Shown here piece by piece: positions 19,731 to 28,564 of a stretch of 49,545 nucleotides of DNA (positions are counted from its first letter, which is position 1; every line of letters begins with the position of its first letter). The notes under the pieces are model-generated. The model searched no databases. It worked only from the letters and a program-made list of their open reading frames with translations, and had not been told where the DNA came from. Position numbers and translations under genes: made by a program. The DNA is from Deltaproteobacteria bacterium (GTDB lineage Bacteria > Desulfobacterota > Desulfomonilia > UBA1062), in the NCBI GenBank assembly GCA_016929755.1, contig JAFGIF010000187.1, positions 1 to 49,545 of the forward strand. Reading direction: 5' to 3'.

Positions 19731-22601
19731 TTACCCCTTTTCAAGAACTTTGCTCAAGACTTCGCTGAGGTCCTGGATTTTATAGGGCTTTACAATAACT
19801 GAACTAAATCCGAAAATTTCAGGATTCGCTATGACGGGGTCGTTTGAATACCCGCTGGATGCAATAGCCCTTACTTGTGGATCCATCTTTAAAAGATGCT
19901 CGATACACTTAAGTCCTCCCATGCCTCCTGGAATCGTAAGATCCAGCACAACAGCTCTAAAGGAAGATTTTTCTTCCAGAGATTTCTTGAACAGCTCGAT
20001 TGTTTCCTGCCCGTCTTTAGCAAGGACCACATCGAAACCAAGATGATTGAGCATGCTTGAGGTAATATCCCTGATAAATTCTTCATCATCCATTAACAGG
20101 ATACTGCCGCTGCCTTTGATTAGTTCCTTATTTTTATAAGCTTTCCCCGGTAGTGAATCTTTAGCCGACGATGCTGGCAAATATATGAAAAAGGATGAGC
20201 CCCGGTTCGGTGACGATATAGCGGTGATATGTCCGCTATGCTTTTTTACAATAGAGTATGAGATGGCAAGGCCGAGACCGGACCCGCCTTCTTTCGTGCT
20301 GAAAAACGGATCAAAAATCTTGTCGAGTACTTCCTTTTCAATGCCGACACCTTCATCGTGGAAGGATATTTTTACATAGCGGCCTTTCGAAAGCGGGAGT
20401 GCGTTATTTTTTTTAATCGTGACATTTTCAGTGACAACCCTGATGGTTCCACCCTGGGGCATTGCTTCAACGGCATTGATGACGATATTATGTATCACCT
20501 GGGCAATCTGGCCTTCATCAATTTCCAATGGCCATAGAGTGTTTTCTGCAGAAAACTCAGCCTTGATATTAGATCCATGCAGGGCAAAGGTGCAGGTATC
20601 TACCAGTAATCCTCTAATGGCGGTTTTCTTTTTTATCGGCATGCCGCCTTTGGAAAAAGTAAGTAATTGCTGGGCGAGTTCCTTGGCCCTAAAGGATGCT
20701 TTTTCAACATCACTCAGACGTTTGAATATTTTGCTATCGCTCGCAATGAGCATTTTAGACAACGAGATATTACCGATGATTGCAGTCAATATGTTGTTGA
20801 AGTCATGAGCGATTCCACCAGCCAGTCTGCCCAGGGAATCGAGCATCTCCCTTTTCTGCATTTCTTCCTCGAGTTTTTTCTTGCTCGTAACATTTCTGGA
20901 AATCTCGATTGCACCTCGGACCTTTCCATTTTCATCCTGCAGAGGAAAAGCCCGAATCTCCCAGTGGTTACCATCCGGTGTTTGAAATGTACCATCCTGG
21001 TTGGAGTTTGTTTTAAGTGCTTGCACCACTGGGTGATCTTCAGATGCATCCGATCGATTGTGCCATAATTCGAAACGTTTTTTTCCGATTAATTCGTTCG
21101 GCATCAATTTCAGGGAATCTGCTGCAGCTTTATTCGCCAGCAGAATCTTCAAATCATGATCCTGCAGGGTGATATTGTCCGTGATACCGTCGAGTACTAC
21201 CTGCAGTTCCTCTACTTTTTGGCGGTACTGCTTTCGGCTCTTTATCAATTCAATTTGTGCTTTTTTTCGGCCAGTGATTTCCTTTCGAAGTTTTTCGTTT
21301 ATTGTCCTGAGTTCGGAGGTACGTTTTTCCACAATAAATTCAAGATCATCATAAGCTTCATGCAGGGCCTGCTCAGCCAGTTTTCGTTTGGTGATATCAG
21401 TAACGACACCGGTAATTCCTGTGGTCTTTCCCTCCTGGTACACAGGCCTTGAGAATGATCGAATCCATCGGATATCATTGTTCTTGGTGACGAGACGATA
21501 TTCCAACGGCACAATGACGCCGGAGAGTAATTTGTCGAAACGTTGAATCAGGGCGTTCTTATCCTCTTTGTAGATGATCTCAAGAAAATTTTTCCCTATC
21601 AATTCCTCGGGCGTATATCCGATAATGGTCTTAATGACAGGGCTTATGTAGGTAATTAATCCCTGATTATCAACTGAAAAAAGCGCATCGTTAATATTTT
21701 CTACTAAAAAACGATACTTCTCCTGGCTTTTTTTCAAAGCCTCTTCGGTTTGCGTTTGTTCAGAAATATCTCTGACAACAGCGGCGATCAATCTTGTTTC
21801 TTTGTACTCAAAGCGGTTGAGCAATACATCGGCAGGAAAAACGGATCCGTCTGCGCGCATGTGCATCCAGTGGAATTTATCGAAACCCTGTTCCATGGCA
21901 ATGCTGATATGTTCACGGGCTGCGTCTTTTGAAGATCTTCCGTCAGGTTGTTCAGGTGGCGATACATCGCCGGGGTGCAAGGTAAGAAATTGTTCTTTGG
22001 TAATTGGACCGAAGATTGAAAGGGTTGTATCATTACAGTCAATAAATCTGTTTTCTTCAAGCAGCATTATAGCATCATTGGAAGATTGAAAAATAGCCCA
22101 GTACTTGTCCAGTGCCTCGATCAAGTTCTCTTCAGTCATTATCTGAGACGTAATATTCCGGGCTTCAGCCTGAAATTCCACCAGAGTGCCGTGTTCGTCG
22201 AAGAGGGCCCGGTTAAGCCATTGCAGCCAGATAGTATTTTTGCCGGGAATATCTAACCTTAATTCAATAGTTCCGAAAGGAGCTTTATTATCCAGGGAAG
22301 CAAGGTTCTTTCTGAAGGTGTCCCGCTCTTCATGCGGGATCAATTCATAGATGGTTCTGCCAAGCATCTCTTTTCGAGGTTGATTAAAGAATGCGCACAA
22401 TGCATTGTTCACAAAGGTGAGGGTGCCGTCAGCAAGAAAGCGACAGATCAGGTCGCTCTGCAGATCCATAATCGATTCGAGCTGTTGCAGATCTTTGCCC
22501 CATTGTGACAAACGGGAATTTTGATCTTCCAAATCTGCAAGTTTTTCCCTGAGGATTTCAAGTTCTTTCTCGATAGTTTTTGGTTCGTTGTGTTGAGTCA
22601 T
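19731..22601 (-). CDS. multi-PAS hybrid sensor histidine kinase/response regulator
   Basis: 956 aa. H-box IAHDFNNIL, G-box GSGLGLAISY, and a C-terminal receiver domain (ILLMDDEE...VLDLTIPG). Confidence 0.9.
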   Translation of the reverse strand: MTQHNEPKTIEKELEILREKLADLEDQNSRLSQWGKDLQQLESIMDLQSDLICRFLADGTLTFVNNALCAFFNQPRKEMLGRTIYELIPHEERDTFRKNLASLDNKAPFGTIELRLDIPGKNTIWLQWLNRALFDEHGTLVEFQAEARNITSQIMTEENLIEALDKYWAIFQSSNDAIMLLEENRFIDCNDTTLSIFGPITKEQFLTLHPGDVSPPEQPDGRSSKDAAREHISIAMEQGFDKFHWMHMRADGSVFPADVLLNRFEYKETRLIAAVVRDISEQTQTEEALKKSQEKYRFLVENINDALFSVDNQGLITYISPVIKTIIGYTPEELIGKNFLEIIYKEDKNALIQRFDKLLSGVIVPLEYRLVTKNNDIRWIRSFSRPVYQEGKTTGITGVVTDITKRKLAEQALHEAYDDLEFIVEKRTSELRTINEKLRKEITGRKKAQIELIKSRKQYRQKVEELQVVLDGITDNITLQDHDLKILLANKAAADSLKLMPNELIGKKRFELWHNRSDASEDHPVVQALKTNSNQDGTFQTPDGNHWEIRAFPLQDENGKVRGAIEISRNVTSKKKLEEEMQKREMLDSLGRLAGGIAHDFNNILTAIIGNISLSKMLIASDSKIFKRLSDVEKASFRAKELAQQLLTFSKGGMPIKKKTAIRGLLVDTCTFALHGSNIKAEFSAENTLWPLEIDEGQIAQVIHNIVINAVEAMPQGGTIRVVTENVTIKKNNALPLSKGRYVKISFHDEGVGIEKEVLDKIFDPFFSTKEGGSGLGLAISYSIVKKHSGHITAISSPNRGSSFFIYLPASSAKDSLPGKAYKNKELIKGSGSILLMDDEEFIRDITSSMLNHLGFDVVLAKDGQETIELFKKSLEEKSSFRAVVLDLTIPGGMGGLKCIEHLLKMDPQVRAIASSGYSNDPVIANPEIFGFSSVIVKPYKIQDLSEVLSKVLEKG

Positions 22602-22813
22602 AATGTCTTATGATTGGTACATTCATCCGGATTATGCTTAGTCAAAGCTATATCATAATAGTAATGACAATATCTGTTTTGTCAAATTACAAATATTTCC
22701 GATCGTTGCCTAGTATATTGTAAATACGAAGGAAATACTATTGAACCTCATTGTGTTGCCATGTTGTGTACAAAACACTATGCAAAATGAAGAATTGATG
22801 TAACAGCCTTTGT

Positions 22814-23659
22814 TTAGAGCTGTTTATCCATATGGGATTGAATCAGGTCAGTGCCGTTTTCCCGGAATACCCGGGTATAGAATTCAGCCGAAAGATCAAG
22901 ATCCTTTAAATAGTCAATCTCTTCTTCCCGCGGGTAAATCAGGTTTGGAAAGTCCGAGCCGTAGAGAATACGGTTTTTGTGGCGCTCAAGGAAATCCGGC
23001 GTAAGATCGCATACCAGGGATGCACTGGGCAGAAAAGACCAGGCGGTGTCGAAGTAAATGTTATCGTGTTCTTTCAGCAGGTCGAAAAAATCCCAATACT
23101 CAAAACCTCCCATATGGGCTATATTTGCAGGAAGATCCGAATATCGTTTAAGAAGACGTTTGAAATTATGGACACCAACATACTTTGTGCCTATGGGGCC
23201 TGTCCCCACGTGGAAGAGGATTCTCTTGGAGTTTTCAATCACAAGCTCATAAAGCGGAAAAAGTCGTTCATCATCAGGATAAATATTTTGAACAAGAAGC
23301 TGTAGCTTGAATCCCAGGACCTTTGGGTGTTTCAATACTTTGCGGGCCATGTCCAGGGCATGCTCGTCTCCTGGATGAAAAGCAGCAAAACAGTAGAGAT
23401 CGTCAATCTCGTCCAAGATCCGAAGATTCCATGCATTCAACCCCGGAGCTATACCTTCGCGGTGAGCATAGTTGGAATATACTATGGGGCTTACTCCACG
23501 CTGCCGGAGATAATCAACGCATTGACGATAGTAAAGCCGGTGGATAATATCCAGTTTGTATACCGAGGAAAAATACTCCCAGACGGCATCAAAGAGTCTG
23601 TCCGGGAACAGATGAACATGAAAGTCAATAATATTATCCGGAATTTTCTGCATAATCAT
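22814..23659 (-). CDS. amidohydrolase-2 family metal-dependent hydrolase/decarboxylase-like protein
   Basis: IDFHVHLFPD N-terminal metal motif; TIM-barrel amidohydrolase-2-like length (281 aa). Confidence 0.75.
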   Translation of the reverse strand: MIMQKIPDNIIDFHVHLFPDRLFDAVWEYFSSVYKLDIIHRLYYRQCVDYLRQRGVSPIVYSNYAHREGIAPGLNAWNLRILDEIDDLYCFAAFHPGDEHALDMARKVLKHPKVLGFKLQLLVQNIYPDDERLFPLYELVIENSKRILFHVGTGPIGTKYVGVHNFKRLLKRYSDLPANIAHMGGFEYWDFFDLLKEHDNIYFDTAWSFLPSASLVCDLTPDFLERHKNRILYGSDFPNLIYPREEEIDYLKDLDLSAEFYTRVFRENGTDLIQSHMDKQL

Positions 23660-23719
23660 TGCCTTGTATTGAATCTTTTTAATATATTAAATATATCAGA
23701 TAATCAAGTACTTGAATGA

Positions 23720-24628
23720 TTATTTGTTGTTCAGAAATATTCTCCAGCCAGCCAGCAGTGAGCCTGGAATGAGGTCGAATGCACCCGAGGCCTCGGCAAC
23801 AGGAGTAAAACCGCACTGGCTGCAGTCGATTTCACCCCTGCTTTTCACATAACAACCTTGGGTAATAGTGCCGTCGGGGTCTACATTTGTCAGCAGATGT
23901 TCATGGCATTTCCAGCTATTGTTGATCATGGCTTTCAAAGACCAGGTAGAATTCAGAATCGGGTAACCCTGTCTTTTTAGCATGATTGCACTTTCCATGG
24001 CCAGTCTACGTGTTTTGCGATCAAGTGCCAGCGAAGTTTCGCCCTGGTTGTAGGGGTAGAACAACTGAAGTGTAACTCCTTTAACCTGTGGGATTTGATT
24101 GAGCATATCAAGTAAATTTTCCAACTCCATCCAGTTCTGGTTGTTGATAGTGAAATGAACAAGGATTTTAGGATGAGTTGCTTTCGAAAGGTTTGCTACT
24201 ATCTTGTCAAATGAATTACAGCGCAATCTGTTATGCGTGGATTTGCTGCCATCAATACTGACCCATACAATATCAGTCGGAACATTAAGGTTGAATGTTC
24301 CGTTGGTGGTGACAGCTGTACGCAGAAATTTATTATGTGCAAGTCGGGCCAAATCAGAAAACGTATATTTACCATCTCTCCACATCAGGGGTTCCCCGCC
24401 CTCGAAGACCAGGATCCGACATGCATCATGATACAGACGTTCGATGGATTCAACGGCCGTATTCCAGCTCATGTGGTAGTTTTCCTGTTGAGATCGAAGA
24501 TGAAAAGGGCAGCCTTGGCATGTAAGATTACAGCGGTAGGTCAGCTTGAAACTGGCGATGAGCGCAACTTTCTGCCGCAGAAGTTTTGACCGTAAGAAAA
24601 ATTCTGCAAGTGACGGCAGTACACTCAT
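23720..24628 (-). CDS. radical SAM protein with C-terminal Cys-rich (SPASM/twitch-like) region
   Basis: CNLTCQGCPF CxxxCxxC motif; C-terminal CHEH..GCYVKSRGEIDCSQCGF. The start is ambiguous: ATG at 24628, or TTG at 24679 overlapping the upstream stop. Confidence 0.8.
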   Translation of the reverse strand: MSVLPSLAEFFLRSKLLRQKVALIASFKLTYRCNLTCQGCPFHLRSQQENYHMSWNTAVESIERLYHDACRILVFEGGEPLMWRDGKYTFSDLARLAHNKFLRTAVTTNGTFNLNVPTDIVWVSIDGSKSTHNRLRCNSFDKIVANLSKATHPKILVHFTINNQNWMELENLLDMLNQIPQVKGVTLQLFYPYNQGETSLALDRKTRRLAMESAIMLKRQGYPILNSTWSLKAMINNSWKCHEHLLTNVDPDGTITQGCYVKSRGEIDCSQCGFTPVAEASGAFDLIPGSLLAGWRIFLNNK

Positions 24629-24675
24629 GGCGTCTGCTTTCACATCCAAAGCAAAGTCAGACAAATGCCGTGAAA

Positions 24676-26178
24676 TCAACTGCGTCGACTTTTGGCATAC
24701 CAGACAACTTTCGCAAGGGCTTTCACCGCTGTTTCCGGGCAGGGATAGGCCATGATTCCCTGCTGGTCAAGATAATCGACAGGATTGTTATCAATAGCCA
24801 TGTCGAACATTGCAAGGTCGATAACCGGGATAACGGGTTTGCCGTGTTTTTTGATCAGATCCGTGACCATTTGGAAGAGATTCATTTCCTGGGAGATCAT
24901 GGATTCCGCCTGGCCCTGTGTGAGTTCCTGCGGAATCAATTTCGAATTCTTCCAGCTGATGGCCCTCAGTGTCATGTATCCCAGTCCCATCATGAGAACG
25001 GAATCAATTGCGGAATGTTCCATGAGGATATTAATCGAGTCTGTGATAACTTCAACATGCGATGGGGCTACAAGATCGATGGGGTTGTTTCTGCTCCAGT
25101 AAGCCGGAAGGATTCTGTCGAGTTTCTGTATCAACTCATCATCAAGTGGCTCGACGATCAATCCTTTCCTGAGGCACATGTCAGTGGCAATAACACCCCA
25201 GCCGCCTCCCAGGGTAATGATACCCACCCGGTTGCCTTCGGGAAGGGGCTGAGCGTTCAAGATTCCGGCAACATCTATCATCTCGTCCATGGTTTCCACC
25301 TGAATAATTCCGGCCTGTCTGCACATGGCGCTGAAAACTGTATCATTACTTGCGATTGCGCCCGTATGAGACATGGCGGCCTCGGCACCTTTTTGTGTAC
25401 GGCCGCCCTTGAGCAGGATGATAGGCTTTTCTCTCGAGATTCTCCTGGCGTTGTTAAAAAAGCGCTGGCCATCCCTGATACCCTCGACATACAGGCAAAT
25501 GATGCGAGTTTTTGGGTCCTGCCCAAGGTATTCCAGAAAATCTTCCGTATTGAGATCGCCCTCATTACCTGAACTGATCAGCCGGCTGATTCCGATTTTG
25601 CGGCGCAGCAAACGATAAGAAATGGATGATCCGATATTTCCGCTTTGGGCGATCATACCTACGGAACCGGGTTGCAAGGGTGCTCCGCTCATTAGGATAT
25701 GCATGATAGAAGGGTAGGCGCTGAAAATACCCATAGTGTTGGGACCTGCCAGATGCATTCCCCCGGCACGGGCCACACTGACAATTTCTTTTTCGAGCTC
25801 AGCTCCTTTTGAACCTGTTTCGGAAAATCCGGCTGTTATTATAATTCCAAACGGAATGTTTTTGGCCACGCATTTTTTTACTGTATCAAGCACCAAAGAT
25901 TCTCTGACAACGATGACGACCAGATCGATTGGTTCTGGAATACTATTCAGATCAGGATATACCTCGTGGCCGAACCATGTCCCTCCCTGTGGGTTAACCG
26001 GAAAAACATGGCCTTGAAAACCCCGGTTAACCAGGTGGTGAAGTATTATAAAACCCCATTTAAATATATTATTTGAGGCGCCGATAAAGGCGATCGTTCT
26101 CGGTTCGAAAAGGGAATTCAGCTTCGGCATACTTTCGAGAGTTGAAGGTTGCCCGTAAAGACTTGCATGTTCATTCAT
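24676..26178 (-). CDS. CoA-binding protein, NDP-forming acyl-CoA synthetase alpha-type (no ATP-grasp domain)
   Basis: 500 aa. IAFIGASNN..VFPVNP CoA-binding fold and His loop AMSHTGAIAS. RBS GGGGGGAA. Confidence 0.8.
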   Translation of the reverse strand: MNEHASLYGQPSTLESMPKLNSLFEPRTIAFIGASNNIFKWGFIILHHLVNRGFQGHVFPVNPQGGTWFGHEVYPDLNSIPEPIDLVVIVVRESLVLDTVKKCVAKNIPFGIIITAGFSETGSKGAELEKEIVSVARAGGMHLAGPNTMGIFSAYPSIMHILMSGAPLQPGSVGMIAQSGNIGSSISYRLLRRKIGISRLISSGNEGDLNTEDFLEYLGQDPKTRIICLYVEGIRDGQRFFNNARRISREKPIILLKGGRTQKGAEAAMSHTGAIASNDTVFSAMCRQAGIIQVETMDEMIDVAGILNAQPLPEGNRVGIITLGGGWGVIATDMCLRKGLIVEPLDDELIQKLDRILPAYWSRNNPIDLVAPSHVEVITDSINILMEHSAIDSVLMMGLGYMTLRAISWKNSKLIPQELTQGQAESMISQEMNLFQMVTDLIKKHGKPVIPVIDLAMFDMAIDNNPVDYLDQQGIMAYPCPETAVKALAKVVWYAKSRRS

Positions 26179-26261
26179 TTAATGTTCCCCCCTAATCATT
26201 CTCTCCCGTGCAGAATCATTCTTTTAAGATTCGATAACTTATCCAATTTCATTAGAAATTG

Positions 26262-26990
26262 TCAACCATCGTTGAGTTTTTTCCGGTAGGACTCACGCAT
26301 GCTTTTCAGGTCTGTGGCTTCAACGCAAACGTCCTGGTATTCGCATGTGTCACAATCAAAGTCCATTTCCTGGGCCATCTTGTTCATGGCAGCGATAATC
26401 CTGGTCGTATCATGCGTTATTGCAGCCAGTTTGCGTATGTCCTGCGGGCTGGATGTCACCAGGATGCATTCTACCGCTGCTACAAAATTTAGTTTTTTGA
26501 AATTCCGGATCTGTTTTGATGCAAGCACATCAAAACAGAATCCCTCATCAAGTGCCTCATGGCTGATTCGGCACCATTCACGCTTGAACTGTGAAACAGC
26601 CCTGAGCATGTAACCCTTTAGATCGAGTCCATACCGGACCAGTTCCATTTCACGGTAGCGCTCATACGTGTTTTCTGCGTCAAAGCCGCTGACTTCAATT
26701 AGCACGATTTTACCGAATGGCAGGCTTGCCCCTCGGCTTTCCGGCAGGTCAGGGCCAATCAGGGTAATGTAATTGTCTCTGATTGTGCCTATTTTTTCAG
26801 TCCAGAGTATACAGGAAACTGATTCCATCTGGGGATTTCCCAGCTCGACGGCCATATCGCTTCCCAAAACGACATTTCGGCCCCGGCCTGAAGGCCAGTT
26901 GGTGTCCGGACTGGCCGGCCATGATCTGGGGTTGTCTTTGTGTGCCAGAAAATCCCGGAGATCATAGATTGTGTCTGCAAAAAGTTCCAT
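26262..26990 (-). CDS. stand-alone homologue of the central domain of acetyl-CoA synthase (AcsB/CdhC-like), C-terminal CxxCx5C
   Basis: 242 aa. GSDMAVELGNP...ITLIGPDLPE...LPFGKIVLIEV...W.RISHEALDEGFCF...VT resembles, from memory, the Moorella AcsB middle domain (GDMYVEMGGN...IEVIGPDIDQ...LPLGILVDIY...WLRVSKDAVAKGFRF). The ATG abuts the upstream stop. Confidence 0.55.
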   Translation of the reverse strand: MELFADTIYDLRDFLAHKDNPRSWPASPDTNWPSGRGRNVVLGSDMAVELGNPQMESVSCILWTEKIGTIRDNYITLIGPDLPESRGASLPFGKIVLIEVSGFDAENTYERYREMELVRYGLDLKGYMLRAVSQFKREWCRISHEALDEGFCFDVLASKQIRNFKKLNFVAAVECILVTSSPQDIRKLAAITHDTTRIIAAMNKMAQEMDFDCDTCEYQDVCVEATDLKSMRESYRKKLNDG

Positions 26991-27776
26991 CTAGGATCTG
27001 TCCTGTAGCGCTTTTCGGGCAACCAGGGCTGCGCCGAGGGCTCCATTGATTTGTGGATCCAACCCGGTTTTTGTGAGATTTCTCCCCAGGGCCGCTTCGA
27101 GGGCCGCAACCATGCCCGGATTTTTTGCAACGCCACCGGTAAAGGCAATGTGCTCTTCCAGTTCGATACTCTTGGCAAGTGCTGCAACACGGTGGGCCAG
27201 TGCTCTATGCAGGCCACTGATAATATCGGGCGGGGACGTCCCCTCATTGACAAGGGAGATAATTTCTGTTTCGGCAAAAATTACACACTGGTTAGAAATA
27301 GTAACCGGAGATTTTGAAGTTTGCGATACCCTGCCCATTTCTTCAATACCAATACCAAGAGCATCGGCCATGACCTCAAGGAAACGCCCGGTGCCGGAAG
27401 CACATTTGTCATTATAAATATATCGGATTACATTACCGTGGGCATCCAGTCGGATGGCCTTGGCATCCTGACCGCCGATATCGATCACCATGCGTATGGA
27501 TGCATCTTTCCACTGGGCACCCTTGCCATGACATGAAATTTCTGATTCGACAGCATCAGCAAACGGGATTTGATTGCGACCGTAGCCGGTTCCCACACAA
27601 TACGCAATTGAATCCACTAAGACTCCCGCCTGCTTGAGTGCCAGATCCATGACTTGTCTGGCCGATGTTTCAGGTTCGGGTGCGTCCTGAATAATCTGTG
27701 AAGCGAGAATGTTATTTTCATCCAGGATGACAGCCTTGGCAGTCAGAGAACCCAAATCACATCCGGCAACTATCAT
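26991..27776 (-). CDS. BcrAD/BadFG/HgdC-type activase ATPase (subunit 2)
   Basis: MIVAGCDLGS acetate/sugar-kinase fold start. Cluster cysteines in NDKCASGTGRFLE and SNQCVIFAETE. ATGA overlap with the upstream gene. Confidence 0.9.
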   Translation of the reverse strand: MIVAGCDLGSLTAKAVILDENNILASQIIQDAPEPETSARQVMDLALKQAGVLVDSIAYCVGTGYGRNQIPFADAVESEISCHGKGAQWKDASIRMVIDIGGQDAKAIRLDAHGNVIRYIYNDKCASGTGRFLEVMADALGIGIEEMGRVSQTSKSPVTISNQCVIFAETEIISLVNEGTSPPDIISGLHRALAHRVAALAKSIELEEHIAFTGGVAKNPGMVAALEAALGRNLTKTGLDPQINGALGAALVARKALQDRS

Positions 27777-28564
27777 GGATTTTCTCCTGTATACATTTGT
27801 TTGGCTATAATAGCCGCCCCGAGGGCCCCCATAATTTGAGGATCAAACTTCAATCGTTTGATTTTCACACCCAGCATTTTTTCAAGATGGCGAACTACCC
27901 CGGTATTTTTGGCTACACCCCCGGTCATACACACATCTTTTTCCAGGCCGACGTTGCCCACGAGAATGGCAACCCTGCCGGCCATGGCCCGGTTGATGGC
28001 TTCGGCAATATCACCTTTCGACTTCCCAATATTCAGGTGATGAATTACTTCGGCCTGGGCCCAGACAGTACAGGCCGATGAAAGTGTAAGTGGTTCCTGG
28101 TTTTGCCCGCCTTTTAGACCCCCGAGTTCATCAATCGCCACTCCCAGAAGCTTGGCCATGACCTCCAGAAATCTGCCGGTACCGGCGGCACATTTATCAT
28201 TTGTGGTAAATTTCTGGATGGTTCCTTCTTTATCGATTCTAATGGCCTTGCAATCCTGGCCGCCGATATCTATAACCGTCCGCACACGGGGCATAACCCA
28301 CAGGGCACCTTTTCCATGGCAGGTAATTTCCGATACCGCCTCTTGAATAAATGGGATCTTGTTGCGTCCATAGCCGGTACCCACACAGCACATAACCTGT
28401 TCCTCATGCACGGCTGCCTTTTTCAGAGCCAGCTCAAAAACCTCCCTGGCTGATTCTTCCGGTCTGGTTTTCGATCTGATAACACAATAACCCAAAACAT
28501 TTTTGTTGTTGAGAATTAAGGCCTTGCTGGTAAGTGAGCCGACATCGCACCCCGCAACGATCAT
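27773..28564 (-). CDS. BcrAD/BadFG/HgdC-type activase ATPase (subunit 1)
   Basis: MIVAGCDVGS; NDKCAAGTGRFLE and SSACTVWAQAE. ATGA overlap with the upstream gene. Confidence 0.9.
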   Translation of the reverse strand: MIVAGCDVGSLTSKALILNNKNVLGYCVIRSKTRPEESAREVFELALKKAAVHEEQVMCCVGTGYGRNKIPFIQEAVSEITCHGKGALWVMPRVRTVIDIGGQDCKAIRIDKEGTIQKFTTNDKCAAGTGRFLEVMAKLLGVAIDELGGLKGGQNQEPLTLSSACTVWAQAEVIHHLNIGKSKGDIAEAINRAMAGRVAILVGNVGLEKDVCMTGGVAKNTGVVRHLEKMLGVKIKRLKFDPQIMGALGAAIIAKQMYTGENP

